Source of the DNA: a virus
Taxonomy: Duplodnaviria; Heunggongvirae; Uroviricota; Caudoviricetes
IMG/VR virus record: IMGVR_UViG_3300042934_000212
DNA length: 64,000 nucleotides
Direction: 5' to 3' (one strand)
Below, one piece after another: positions 1 through 13,455 of this stretch (position 1 is the first letter of the stretch; every line of letters starts with the position of its first letter). The translations under genes were made by a program, and so were the position numbers. The notes beneath the pieces were generated by a model, which had not been told where the DNA came from, did not search any database, and saw only the letters and a program-made list of their open reading frames with translations.

Positions 1-314
1 ATCTCGGTAAGAATAGGGCAAGAATTTGGAACCCACATTTCGTTACATGGAACCTGTAGACGTACCTTATCGGTATGAACACCTTTAACGCCGTTAAAGG
101 TAAGATTAATCATCTCACGCTCACGCCAGAAGTAAGTGTTGTTTGGATCTGCGTCTGGTAGAAAACGTAGATTTAGATCTTGGTTTTCAGGAATATTCCA
201 GAACGCTAGAAACGCGTCAGGTTGACCATTTCCGGTGAATGTTCCACTTTTTGCTGCTTCAGCTTTTGCCGCTTCAGCCGCTAGTAATGCACGAATTTCT
301 GCTAATGATGCCAT
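1..314 (-). CDS. gp32: Single-stranded DNA-binding protein, T4 gp32-like (runs off window edge)
   Basis: Not in the ORF track. Manual translation from ATG 314: MASLAEIRALLAAEAAK...FWNIPENQDLNLRFLPDADPNNTYFW...VPCNEMWVPNSCPIL. The RFLP and Zn-binding C..CP pattern match gp32-type SSBs; AAGGA RBS upstream. Confidence 0.85.
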   Translation of the reverse strand, partial: MASLAEIRALLAAEAAKAEAAKSGTFTGNGQPDAFLAFWNIPENQDLNLRFLPDADPNNTYFWREREMINLTFNGVKGVHTDKVRLQVPCNEMWVPNSCPILTE

Positions 315-397
315 TTTTTGATTTCCTTATCAATTTGCTTCTTTGTTTCTTTGTTTAATTTGCTATTTGTCTTCGGCTCCATGCCGTTGACTATCAT

Positions 398-426
398 ATT
401 ATACCACATTATTCCGTGGCGTTTCA
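398..426 (-). promoter_or_regulatory. Early/middle sigma70-type promoter (SSB proximal)
   Basis: TGAAAC-N17-TATAAT with TGTGG extended -10; the same motif recurs 9 times in the window. Confidence 0.85.
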
Positions 427-525
427 TTTTTCTTATTATCGGGTGGCTCTAATTGCCAACGAATAATAATAAAAAACGGCTTTTAAGTCTGTGCTGACTA
501 ATTGAGTTGCCTCAAATCTATCTAC

Positions 526-554
526 ATTATACCACAAAAGTGATAAACGTTTCA
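526..554 (-). promoter_or_regulatory. Early/middle promoter (SSB distal)
   Basis: TGAAAC-N17-TATAAT, TGTGG extended -10. Confidence 0.85.
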
Positions 555-575
555 TTTTTCTTTATGGAAGGAGGC

Positions 576-1877
<1,302 letters not shown>

Positions 1878-1900
1878 TCAAATCTGTATAGATATATTTA

Positions 1901-3607
<1,707 letters not shown>

Positions 3608-3665
3608 CTATCTCACTCCATGCGAGTTTTCTAGACTATTTAGCAATTTAAAAAAATAATTTCAG

Positions 3666-4196
3666 TTAGGAAATAAGTTTGAGTACTTTATTAGTATTAA
3701 AACGTAAGTAATTATCATCTATGCTACAGTTATCCAATAGGTAGAAGTCAATAGATTTGCCTCTTAGACCTTGACTTGCATTATAAACAAAGTTAATTTC
3801 TGATCTATTGTCAAAAACCAACCGCTCAATACTACTAACGCGGATTGTAGAAACACTATTCTGTGTTCTTTGTATTTCTTCTGGTAATTGTTTTTCAAAA
3901 GCTTCATGTAGCTTATATACAATAGATTTGATTTCCCTTGAGATTTGATATTCTTCAGTGCAGAGAGCTACTTTTATTCCAGGATGGAAAATAGCTAACC
4001 ATAATGCGGTTACTGCAAGTAATGTTGATGAACCAAATCGCCTAAAGGTCGTTATTTCAGAATAACCACCATTTTTCATATGCAACATATGGGATAGTAC
4101 GTCACATTGCTCATCACGAAGGTCTAAATTAAGGTATTGTTCCATAAAATAGAAAATAGAGTGTTTGCAAATGTCGTATTCTATTAAGTAATTCAT
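3666..4196 (-). CDS. Truncated, degenerate terminase-ATPase paralog
   Basis: Colinear with the TerL N-domain (YFMEQY, LRDEQ, RRFGSST, LWLAIFHP, FDNRSEI, GLRGKSIDFYLLDN). Start placed at ATG 4196 behind AAGGA rather than TTG 4220. Confidence 0.7.
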   Translation of the reverse strand: MNYLIEYDICKHSIFYFMEQYLNLDLRDEQCDVLSHMLHMKNGGYSEITTFRRFGSSTLLAVTALWLAIFHPGIKVALCTEEYQISREIKSIVYKLHEAFEKQLPEEIQRTQNSVSTIRVSSIERLVFDNRSEINFVYNASQGLRGKSIDFYLLDNCSIDDNYLRFNTNKVLKLIS

Positions 4197-4205
4197 ATCT
4201 TCCTT

Positions 4206-4231
4206 AAAAAGTACCGCCAAATTGACGGTAC
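4206..4231 (-). terminator. Intrinsic terminator
   Basis: GTACCGTCAATTTGGCGGTAC hairpin followed by T5 on the minus strand. Confidence 0.6.
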
Positions 4232-4238
4232 GTACTAA

Positions 4239-4738
4239 TTAAAGCTGCTTTTGGGTGTATGTTAAGTCCATATAGGTCTTAAATGGTCCATAAAGTGCTT
4301 CGGTATTGTTTCTTTCTTCATAAATGTCAGTACTTAGAGTTAATCTAGGTAGATATGACCCATTTTCACTTCGAACTAACCACCAGCCAGGATAGAAACG
4401 CTTTTTCGAGCGAGAACTTTTCCTGAAAGTACCGATGCCTAATGGATCATCATATAGAATATCGATAATCGTATCAGTATCGTTAATAGGGTAGTCTCCT
4501 AGTGCTTTAGAAGCATTCGTACTGTCAGTAATGACAATCTCGGCATAAGTGAACTTTTCACCAAGTAATTCTTCAAGACCAGCCATAGAATCGAATTTCA
4601 ATGTACCCGTACTCGTAAAGAACTCAATTCCCTTACGTTCAGTAGTACCCTCGTCATAATTGACGAGAATACCCATCTTTTCACCAGTTGTAGTTTCTAC
4701 AATGAATGAATATTCGGTTAAAATCTTTAATACAGCCA

Positions 4739-4739
<1 letters not shown>
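4239..4739 (-). CDS. Hypothetical protein
   Basis: 166 aa ORF whose start overlaps the rnh stop (TAATG). Confidence 0.7.
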
Positions 4740-5752
<1,013 letters not shown>

Positions 5753-5754
5753 TC

Positions 5755-5783
5755 ATTATACCACATTTTAGGATGCAGTTTCA
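5755..5783 (-). promoter_or_regulatory. Early/middle promoter (rnh)
   Basis: TGAAAC-N17-TATAAT. Confidence 0.85.
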
Positions 5784-5915
5784 TAAAAGAAATAAATAAT
5801 TGCATATAAACACTTTATACCATTTTTAACTCGTTATTAATACGAACGAATTGAAAATGATAAATAACATTAAGCAGGCAACAAGCCTGCACCAAATTAG
5901 ACAAGGAGATTTCTT

Positions 5916-6476
5916 ATGAGTCTTAATTCTTTTGATCGTAACTATGGTATGTCTGCTAATAGTCGCGAATATTGGGGTGGTAATAACGGTTTCGTAACTG
6001 TTGTTGTAACTCTACCTGCCGATGTTGAAATCGGTGCTACTGCGGTTGTTGCTGACGGTACTGAAGTTGGTGATAACGCTGCTCAGACCGCACTATCTGC
6101 TGCTGAGAAGAACCAATTTATCATTGCTCAAGCTCTTGCACAACGTGCAGTTCTAGTAACTACTTCTGCTCTATCAAATGATGTTGATACATCTGCTGCT
6201 GGATTCGGAACTGTTGGTGGAAACGTAATCGCTTTCGGTTCCGCTGGTACTCTTGCTGATAATTCTTTCGGTATTACTTACATCATTGAACGTCAAGACG
6301 TATTCAATAAGCAAGTTAACAAGCCTGGTGCTACTTATGCTTTAACAGTAGATCCTGCAAGTGAAATCGCTGCTAACCTAGCTCAAGCTGGTGTATTCCA
6401 GAAGAAAGATGGTTCTGCTGCTGACGCTGCTGGTGTTGCAATCAAAGTATTTGCTGCTCTACCAGTACTAGTATAA
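5916..6476 (+). CDS. Ala/Val-rich putative virion protein (paralog A)
   Basis: ATAAATA late boxes (5792, 5859), AAGGAG RBS, strongly biased codons; similar to the next ORF. Confidence 0.65.
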   Translation: MSLNSFDRNYGMSANSREYWGGNNGFVTVVVTLPADVEIGATAVVADGTEVGDNAAQTALSAAEKNQFIIAQALAQRAVLVTTSALSNDVDTSAAGFGTVGGNVIAFGSAGTLADNSFGITYIIERQDVFNKQVNKPGATYALTVDPASEIAANLAQAGVFQKKDGSAADAAGVAIKVFAALPVLV

Positions 6477-6489
6477 TAGGGAGAACGAT

Positions 6490-7146
6490 ATGTTAGAACG
6501 TATTAATGGTTTTTCTGAAAGTGGTGTTCTAGGTTATTTCTACGGTAAGAACGCTCTAGTTTCTATCGCTATCAGTGGTGCATCTAATGTTGTTGTTAAA
6601 GTTACAGGTGCTGTATGTTCTTTCGTAGAACTTCAACGCTTCCTAAACACTGACGACACTGCTACCATCGTAGCTTTCCTAAATGACAAACATGTTGTTC
6701 GTGTTGACGGCACCGCTTTCGTAGCGGCTTCACTAGAAGCTGATTACACTGCTGCTTATGCTGCACAAACTAACGTGAAACGTGTGATTGACATTGTTCA
6801 GCAACGTGCTGTTATTCTAAGTACTTCACTAACTGCACAAGATGTTGCGGTTGCTGGCTTCAAAAATGCTCCATCGGGTGTTTCTGCTGCTGCTTCCGTT
6901 GCAGATGCAAACGTGATTACTTTCCTAGTAGAACGTGCCGCTGTATTTGATAAAGATCTTACTTCATTCCAAGGTGTTCCAGATGGTACAATTGATGAAG
7001 GTCGTCTACTAATTGATGATCTAACAACTGTTCCAATGCTATCAGCTACTGCTACTGAAGTCATTCTTATGTCTTCTGCTACCGCTGCTGACGCAGGTAA
7101 CTTTGCGATTAAAGTGTACAAGGCAATCCCTGCACTTTCAATTTAA
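6490..7146 (+). CDS. Ala/Val-rich putative virion protein (paralog B)
   Basis: Shares QRAV, IT..ER..VF and AIKV...P blocks with 5916..6476; GGAG RBS. Confidence 0.65.
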   Translation: MLERINGFSESGVLGYFYGKNALVSIAISGASNVVVKVTGAVCSFVELQRFLNTDDTATIVAFLNDKHVVRVDGTAFVAASLEADYTAAYAAQTNVKRVIDIVQQRAVILSTSLTAQDVAVAGFKNAPSGVSAAASVADANVITFLVERAAVFDKDLTSFQGVPDGTIDEGRLLIDDLTTVPMLSATATEVILMSSATAADAGNFAIKVYKAIPALSI

Positions 7147-7158
7147 TAGATACAAACG

Positions 7159-7191
7159 AAAAAAGGACAACATTATGTTGTCCTTTTTTTT
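7159..7191. terminator. Bidirectional intrinsic terminator
   Basis: A6-GGACAACAT-T-ATGTTGTCC-T8 inverted repeat between convergent genes. Confidence 0.9.
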
Positions 7192-7909
7192 ATTCGTAAA
7201 TCTTAAAATCAGTAGAACCAGTCGTTTGATTCATTTCGTCGTTTACGCTTGTTAACTTTGTGTCGTAGTCACCGCTGTAATCTTCAGTGGCTAACTTCCG
7301 ACCCCAATCTCTGATAAAGTTATCGATAATTTCATGTTCGTCATTGCCTGGATGACCTTCAGAACGAAGTTTTTTCCAGAAATATTCATTGTAGTCAAAT
7401 GACATAATAATATCATTTGCTTCCTCATCAAATTCCACATCGAATGCAAACCAAGGCTCTTTATTGAAAGTAGCTACTTCTTTGTCATATTCGTTCTGTG
7501 TGATCCCTTTGTACTTCAAAGCATAATCCAATGCTGCTAAGTACTTCTTATCTTCATCTTTAATTAATTCGATGAATTCCTTATCATAAGCTTGTTGATC
7601 AATCTTGTTGTACTGTAGTTCCAAATTTAGGCGACGTAGTGCTACTTCACCTGGTGGAATTACGTGATGCTCTGAATCAATTTTGATTTTGTTATCTTCA
7701 AATGAAAACTCATCAAACATCCCATGCTTAAATTGAAGTTCGTTTTGTGTCTTCTGCAAGTCATACTTAGTTAAACAAGTAATCTCTGCACGTTTTAAAT
7801 CTGCTTCCAATCCTTCAAAATGGAAATCGATTAGGGCAAGCTCTTTAGCTTTACCCTTTAGACCCCAATGTGACGGATAGAAAGAGAATGGTAGTAATCT
7901 CTTAGCCAT
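7190..7909 (-). CDS. Hypothetical protein
   Basis: Long ORF; start placed at ATG 7909 (MAKRLL), overlapping the groES stop. Confidence 0.7.
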   Translation of the reverse strand: MAKRLLPFSFYPSHWGLKGKAKELALIDFHFEGLEADLKRAEITCLTKYDLQKTQNELQFKHGMFDEFSFEDNKIKIDSEHHVIPPGEVALRRLNLELQYNKIDQQAYDKEFIELIKDEDKKYLAALDYALKYKGITQNEYDKEVATFNKEPWFAFDVEFDEEANDIIMSFDYNEYFWKKLRSEGHPGNDEHEIIDNFIRDWGRKLATEDYSGDYDTKLTSVNDEMNQTTGSTDFKIYE

Positions 7910-8186
7910 TTTTCTTCCCAAATATATCACCAATTTTCATAACATAATAAATCTTGTTATCTTCTTCTAGGGGAGTATTTAGTGAAGATTTACCAAAAAC
8001 AACAACGTCGCCGTCTGCTAGGTTATGTTCTTCACGCTCACCATTATCTAGAAAACGTCCTGGACCTACTGTAATTACAGTACCAGTACATGGCGGCTCA
8101 ACTTTAGTAAGAATAATACTAGTTGTTTTTGGTGTATTGTCAGTTAGTTCGACAATCACATAATCGTTAATAGCTTTTAAACTCAT
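7902..8186 (-). CDS. groES: Co-chaperonin GroES
   Basis: LKAINDYVIV...TSIIL...GTVITVGPGR...GDVVVF...DIFG follows the Cpn10 pattern. Confidence 0.9.
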   Translation of the reverse strand: MSLKAINDYVIVELTDNTPKTTSIILTKVEPPCTGTVITVGPGRFLDNGEREEHNLADGDVVVFGKSSLNTPLEEDNKIYYVMKIGDIFGKKNG

Positions 8187-8208
8187 TTTTGACTCCATTC
8201 AAAATAAA

Positions 8209-8415
8209 TTAGTAACCGCCAGTATTTGCAAAGAAGTTGCCACGGAAATATAAATTACTACCTTTATCACCAGCAGTAAACGCTTCAAATTCCATAGACT
8301 TTTCAGCTTTACATTCAGAACAATCTAGTGGGTTGTCACGATCTGCAATCTTAACAATCTTTTCAACAGAATGTTCGCAAGCTTCAGTAGTACAGCGATA
8401 TGTATATAGTGGCAT
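8209..8415 (-). CDS. FmdB-family zinc-ribbon protein
   Basis: MPLYTYRC...C...CSEC...F.G..F pattern. Confidence 0.8.
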   Translation of the reverse strand: MPLYTYRCTTEACEHSVEKIVKIADRDNPLDCSECKAEKSMEFEAFTAGDKGSNLYFRGNFFANTGGY

Positions 8416-8427
8416 TTTTAAATCCTT

Positions 8428-9042
8428 TTAAACAGTAAGTTTTCGTGAATCTTCTAGTGCTTTATGATAAAGAGCTTTTGCAACTGCATTAGTCTCTAGT
8501 GCACTTAACGAGTTTTCTTCTGGAACACCCGCAAAGATTTGTTGTGTACTATTTACTGTCTCAAAACCTACCCGAACTTCGTGTAGTGTTTTAGGGAAGA
8601 AGTTCATGAAAGAACTGTCTACAGATACGTTCAAATACTCTAATCCACTTACAGATGCAGTATGAACATGGCCGTGAACATTCTTTTTACCACGTAATTC
8701 TTCAGGGTGAATTGGTGCATGTGACAACCAAAACTCTTTGTACTTTAGTAGTGAGTGAACTTCGTCGAATGCTTCACATAGTTTTTTAGTAGGAATGTAT
8801 TCTGAACAGTGGTTACCCATGATGAGAATTTTACTACCAGGAAGTTCTTTAATAAAGTCCAGATACTTTTCATCAAAGATAACATCACCTAAGAAGAACA
8901 TTGTATCACGTTTAGTACAAACTTCTGCAAGGACATATTGAAAATACAAGTCATTATGTAAAGTACTTTCAAACAGTGGGCGGTATTTCCAAATATTGCG
9001 GTGACCCATATGGGTATCTGCAATAAAGCGTGGGGTACTCAT
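8428..9042 (-). CDS. Calcineurin-like metallophosphoesterase
   Basis: ADTHMGH, LGDV, GNH, SHAP, HGHVH motifs. Confidence 0.9.
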   Translation of the reverse strand: MSTPRFIADTHMGHRNIWKYRPLFESTLHNDLYFQYVLAEVCTKRDTMFFLGDVIFDEKYLDFIKELPGSKILIMGNHCSEYIPTKKLCEAFDEVHSLLKYKEFWLSHAPIHPEELRGKKNVHGHVHTASVSGLEYLNVSVDSSFMNFFPKTLHEVRVGFETVNSTQQIFAGVPEENSLSALETNAVAKALYHKALEDSRKLTV

Positions 9043-9058
9043 AATTATATCCTTTAAT

Positions 9059-9084
9059 TAAAAAAAGGGAACCGAAGTTCCCTT
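9059..9084 (-). terminator. Intrinsic terminator
   Basis: GGGAAC-TTCG-GTTCCC followed by T8 on the minus strand. Confidence 0.85.
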
Positions 9085-9089
9085 AAAAA

Positions 9090-9821
9090 TTAAGCACCAC
9101 TTACGTAGATGCTATAAACTGCAATACCAGTATCTACTGTTACGTTTAACATACCCGTTTTGGTAAAACCTAGAGACTTAGTTTCAGCATTAGATACGCG
9201 GTTTAATGCTTGAAGTACGCGGTCAATTGGATAACCATAACCTTTAGTTAGTTCACCTTCTGTTTTAGAGAATAGTAAAGTACCTGTATGGTTGTTTTTA
9301 TTCTTTTCACCAACGTAGAAGTATAAGCTGTCATCTTCGGTAAAGGGAGTGACTAAAGCAGAGAATGATTTAAACACACCAGAGAAGCTTTTTAGTTCAT
9401 TAACCTTTGCGGCACTAGGTGTAACCTGTACGTCATATGGTTGGTCAGTGAAACGAGGTTGGTTTGGAATATATTTTTCCGCAACAACTAGGTAGTTAGT
9501 ATTTGCATCGTCTGAATTGAAAGTTAGGCTTTTAACTACGCCATCTTTTGCATTCACACTAATTTTTGTACTGTCTGATTTGTAGACATTTAGGTTCAAT
9601 AGACCTTGAAGCATTCCAAGATTACCAATACCAAAACGACCAACAACTTCAGGTACATCTTCCTTAGTATATGCTCGCATTACTAAGTTTTTATCGGCTG
9701 TATAAGCTTCCATGTAAACACGTTGACCCTGACCGCGATCTTCACTTGAAACAGCGATACAATCAAAATCGATACCAGAGGTAGTTGTTACTAGGTCGCG
9801 TAGTACGTCACGTAATTCCAT
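9090..9821 (-). CDS. Probable sliding clamp (T4 gp45-like)
   Basis: 243 aa with a GRFGIGNL...LL motif like gp45 F.IYDL..FL; near the DNA polymerase and has its own promoter. Confidence 0.65.
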   Translation of the reverse strand: MELRDVLRDLVTTTSGIDFDCIAVSSEDRGQGQRVYMEAYTADKNLVMRAYTKEDVPEVVGRFGIGNLGMLQGLLNLNVYKSDSTKISVNAKDGVVKSLTFNSDDANTNYLVVAEKYIPNQPRFTDQPYDVQVTPSAAKVNELKSFSGVFKSFSALVTPFTEDDSLYFYVGEKNKNNHTGTLLFSKTEGELTKGYGYPIDRVLQALNRVSNAETKSLGFTKTGMLNVTVDTGIAVYSIYVSGA

Positions 9822-9852
9822 TTGTTAATTTCTCCATTTTGTTAACAAGCAC

Positions 9853-9881
9853 ATTATACCACATTTTATGTGCTTGTTTCA
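9853..9881 (-). promoter_or_regulatory. Early/middle promoter (clamp)
   Basis: TGAAAC-N17-TATAAT. Confidence 0.85.
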
Positions 9882-9887
9882 TTTTTA

Positions 9888-10379
9888 TTAGATGTTTCGG
9901 GTTCGAGCAGTTTTTTGTCTAGACGTTACTGAACTCTGCAAGTCAGAAATAACGTTGCTTAGTTTACTATAATCAAGACTATCGTCATCAATGCTAATAG
10001 TTACATTTTTCAATGCATATGCAGGTAAATCATCGTTAGTGAAAGTTGCAGTATATGGTTGTGTACTTACCCAAGGAGAACCAATTCCTGGAAGATTAGG
10101 TTTGTTGTTCCACGGATTGATATTATCCCAAGGGGAAGTGTCAATTGGTGGATATGGTTTGATTGTTGGTGAAACAATAGGTACTTGAACAATCTTTTCA
10201 ATAGTTTTGGTTTCAATTTTATAAAGGGAGATAACTTTCCCCCCCTCTAACATTGATCCAACCTTTTTGAAACCTGAACCTTCAAGAATTTCTACTTCTT
10301 CTTTAGTTTCAGCACGTACAATATCGTACTCACCACAGGAAGAAATCGCTCTCCCTATGCGTTCATAAATGTTAGACAT
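9888..10379 (-). CDS. Hypothetical protein with Pro/Trp-rich centre
   Basis: 163 aa ORF with AAGGA RBS. Confidence 0.65.
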   Translation of the reverse strand: MSNIYERIGRAISSCGEYDIVRAETKEEVEILEGSGFKKVGSMLEGGKVISLYKIETKTIEKIVQVPIVSPTIKPYPPIDTSPWDNINPWNNKPNLPGIGSPWVSTQPYTATFTNDDLPAYALKNVTISIDDDSLDYSKLSNVISDLQSSVTSRQKTARTRNI

Positions 10380-10393
10380 ATATTTTCCTTATA

Positions 10394-13300
10394 TTACCAA
10401 TCGAAGAAACCTGTGTTTAGTTCGATGGTACTTTTCTCTGTTATACCAATATCCATATCTAGAATACCGAAGATATTACCTAACTTTTTGGTTAGTACTG
10501 CTGTTTCCATAGTGTCATCATCAAATGGTAATTCCATGAACCACTCTGGTAAGTAGTCTGCACAGTCAATTGGGTATCCAACTTTAGTAATTCCTAGTGG
10601 ATTAGGTTTTAGGTCACAAACAATTACTTTCGTACCGTCTGTTGCCTCTGGAACGGACATATCATCGTTCAATTCACGAAGTCTATTCCAATATATTGCT
10701 GCTTTAACGTGTCCAACTGAGCATTTACCAGTATCCTGGAATTCTTTCGCTTTGTTGGTATAGTTCTTAACAGTTTTTGGTGATCCTTTCTCGATACTTG
10801 GTTTATCTTTGAACTCACGTTTGAATGAACGAACACGTTCACGTAATTCTTCTTCAGATTCACCAATTAGTAATGCAAGTAACGTCTCTTCTAGGAAGTT
10901 TTGGATGTATTTTGGTGTGTCTGAACGTTTAATCTCTAGACCCATTGCCTTAATCTTACCAGGCTTACCATCTACATCTAAACGGAAACCATCTTCCCAA
11001 TATTTTAGAATCGCATAACGCTTTTTCTTCAAGAATAAGCCACGAGAACCGACCATTTCTAGATCTGCACCTACAATCTTACCGTTTTCAATACCAGTAT
11101 TGAAGGTTTTATCCATAAAGTCAGGGAAAGATGCACCTACAGTGTCACCAATCATTTGATATAGCTCAACTACTTCATCTTTCGATAGGTTGAATTCCAT
11201 ATCGTTCTCTTTATAGTAGTGTGCAACACTGAAATATACTGAGTCGGTGTCGCCATATACTACTACACCGCCGTTGTGGTCATAAGTCTCAGTACATACT
11301 TCGTTAATCTTGCTTGCAAGGTGTTTAGTCATACTACGACCAGTTAATGTAACTGATTGTCCTAGACGTTTATCGAAGAAACGAGAACCTTTGTTCAACA
11401 ACGCACCATATAGTGAGTTTAGAAGAATTTTACGAATCTGTTGGTTCTGTTTCCAGAATGCAGATTGAGTTTTGCAGTACTTCTTATCTGTATCAGCTAC
11501 AAATACTCGACCATCTTCAATTCTCATGCCGTTTTCTGCAAGAATCTTAGCCATTTCTGGAATATTCTTCTCACCCATTGCTAGGCGTAGCAAATAAATC
11601 GGATCATCTTCATGAAGGTTGGTTTTATGAATGCCAGTGCCTTTTTGTAGTGCTTTTAGCTCATTTTCCAAGTCAGCTAACATATCTGATGGCATTTCCC
11701 AGCCGTCAGTTGCTAAGTGCTTATAGTCAATTACCATTTTCTGCTGTGCTTTACGCTCAGAATACCAAACAGTAAGAATTTCTGGAATTACACCATATTT
11801 TGTCTTATCGAATAGAGTTCCGTTTGCACTTAGTACAATAGTACTGTCATCACCGAAGATAATATCATATAATTCTGCACCTGTTGATTGGAAACTAGAA
11901 CCATCTTCCAAATCTACTGTAATTAGTTCATTTGATTTCTCACGAACCATTGTAAATTCAACACTTGCAAACAAACCGTGCCATGCTTCAGTCCATTTAG
12001 GTTCAAATCGACCACGACCACCATTTTTAGCCCATTTAATACGCTGATCTTCAATTTTAGAAGCAAGATAAGCATCTGTATAATCTTGACGTAGTTGGCC
12101 TAGAATACATTCAGTACTCATACCTAATGTACGTAGAACTGTTGGGTATAGTGAGTTGAAGTCCACACAACCTAACATATCAATTAGACCTAGAATCGGA
12201 TCTTGCACCCATGCTCCTGCCGCCTTAGCACCAGTTTGGGATTCACCTTCTTCATCATCATCTAAATCAATATCGTAATCTTGATATTCGAAATCTTCTT
12301 CATCATCAATTTTACGTTTGTTGAATACTACTTCACCGCGTTGGTGAGCAAGATTGATAATTGCGGTATCAATTAGTGCTACTGAACCCATAGTTGTTGT
12401 GATTAATACACATTCTTTATGAGCAAGACGGTTATGTAGGTTAATGAAGTCCATTTTTTCATCGATTTTCTTAAGTAGAATACTATCCTGCTTAGAATAA
12501 CGAAGGAAACGCATGTAATCTTCACGATATAGCTTATCCAATGAACCATCATATGGTACTTTGTTTTCACCAGTTACTTTCTCAGCAATATAATCAAGTT
12601 TATATGACTGTTCGACTTGTCCAGCATGTTTTTTATATAGTGCTAGATAGTCTAAGTGTACACGACCAATCAAATCGTATGTTACGATAGTTTTACCGAA
12701 CATATCTGCTTCACGTGCAGTAGGTTTTCTATTCCACAAGCACCAACGAGCCAAAGTAGCTTCGTTAAAGATCTTACGAGTACGGTTGACCATATAAGGA
12801 ATATCATAGAACTCACTATTCCAACCAGAAAGTACGTCACTGTCTTCAATTAGTTCAAAGAAGGTTTCGAACATCTCTGTTTCTTCAGTATAGAGTACTA
12901 CAATACTGTTCGGGTCATTAGTTTCTGCATTTAGACGGTTTATAATGTCTTGTGCTTCGACTGCTTCCATTCCAGAAGGTGCCATTGTAAGAACATAGTC
13001 TTTACCTGTCCAGCTTTGGTAAATGGAGATTGCAGTAACGCGGTTGAATGGATCGCTAGGTGAAGCATATCCAAATTTAGGGTGAAAGTCTGTTTCAATA
13101 TCGAAGAATGCAATATTGAGGTCAGGAGAAGGCTTACCCATGTAGTGTTTTGCTAGGGTTTTAAATGTAACATTACAGTCTGCTTCATAAATCTTTGCAG
13201 TACTAGGTAATGATTCCATTTGTTTTTTCATTTCTGAATATCGCGTGAATTCAAACTTCTCAGCTAGTGTTCCGTTGATAGTTTTGTGTTCACCACGTGG

Positions 13301-13423
13301 AGATTCTACATAGTATTCGTAAACTGGTTCGATTTCTCGAAGAATACGACGACCGTTTACACGTTCAGCTACATGCAGAACTTCTCCGGTACGTTTTCTA
13401 TCCATATATCCATCTATATACAT
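10394..13423 (-). CDS. gp43: Family B DNA polymerase (gp43-like)
   Basis: Exo FDIETD, GWNSEFYD, Y..QD; pol DFNSLYP, K..LNSLYG, YGDTDS, KKRY; aromatic C-terminus GFFDW. Confidence 0.97.
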   Translation of the reverse strand: MYIDGYMDRKRTGEVLHVAERVNGRRILREIEPVYEYYVESPRGEHKTINGTLAEKFEFTRYSEMKKQMESLPSTAKIYEADCNVTFKTLAKHYMGKPSPDLNIAFFDIETDFHPKFGYASPSDPFNRVTAISIYQSWTGKDYVLTMAPSGMEAVEAQDIINRLNAETNDPNSIVVLYTEETEMFETFFELIEDSDVLSGWNSEFYDIPYMVNRTRKIFNEATLARWCLWNRKPTAREADMFGKTIVTYDLIGRVHLDYLALYKKHAGQVEQSYKLDYIAEKVTGENKVPYDGSLDKLYREDYMRFLRYSKQDSILLKKIDEKMDFINLHNRLAHKECVLITTTMGSVALIDTAIINLAHQRGEVVFNKRKIDDEEDFEYQDYDIDLDDDEEGESQTGAKAAGAWVQDPILGLIDMLGCVDFNSLYPTVLRTLGMSTECILGQLRQDYTDAYLASKIEDQRIKWAKNGGRGRFEPKWTEAWHGLFASVEFTMVREKSNELITVDLEDGSSFQSTGAELYDIIFGDDSTIVLSANGTLFDKTKYGVIPEILTVWYSERKAQQKMVIDYKHLATDGWEMPSDMLADLENELKALQKGTGIHKTNLHEDDPIYLLRLAMGEKNIPEMAKILAENGMRIEDGRVFVADTDKKYCKTQSAFWKQNQQIRKILLNSLYGALLNKGSRFFDKRLGQSVTLTGRSMTKHLASKINEVCTETYDHNGGVVVYGDTDSVYFSVAHYYKENDMEFNLSKDEVVELYQMIGDTVGASFPDFMDKTFNTGIENGKIVGADLEMVGSRGLFLKKKRYAILKYWEDGFRLDVDGKPGKIKAMGLEIKRSDTPKYIQNFLEETLLALLIGESEEELRERVRSFKREFKDKPSIEKGSPKTVKNYTNKAKEFQDTGKCSVGHVKAAIYWNRLRELNDDMSVPEATDGTKVIVCDLKPNPLGITKVGYPIDCADYLPEWFMELPFDDDTMETAVLTKKLGNIFGILDMDIGITEKSTIELNTGFFDW

Positions 13424-13455
13424 CTTATCTCCTTATAATTAACGCACTTAAAAGC

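Noticed and set aside
10394-13423. Possible intein or intron in the DNA polymerase or terminase
   Set aside because: Continuous ORFs with all motifs in order and no C...HN splice junctions or homing-endonuclease motifs.
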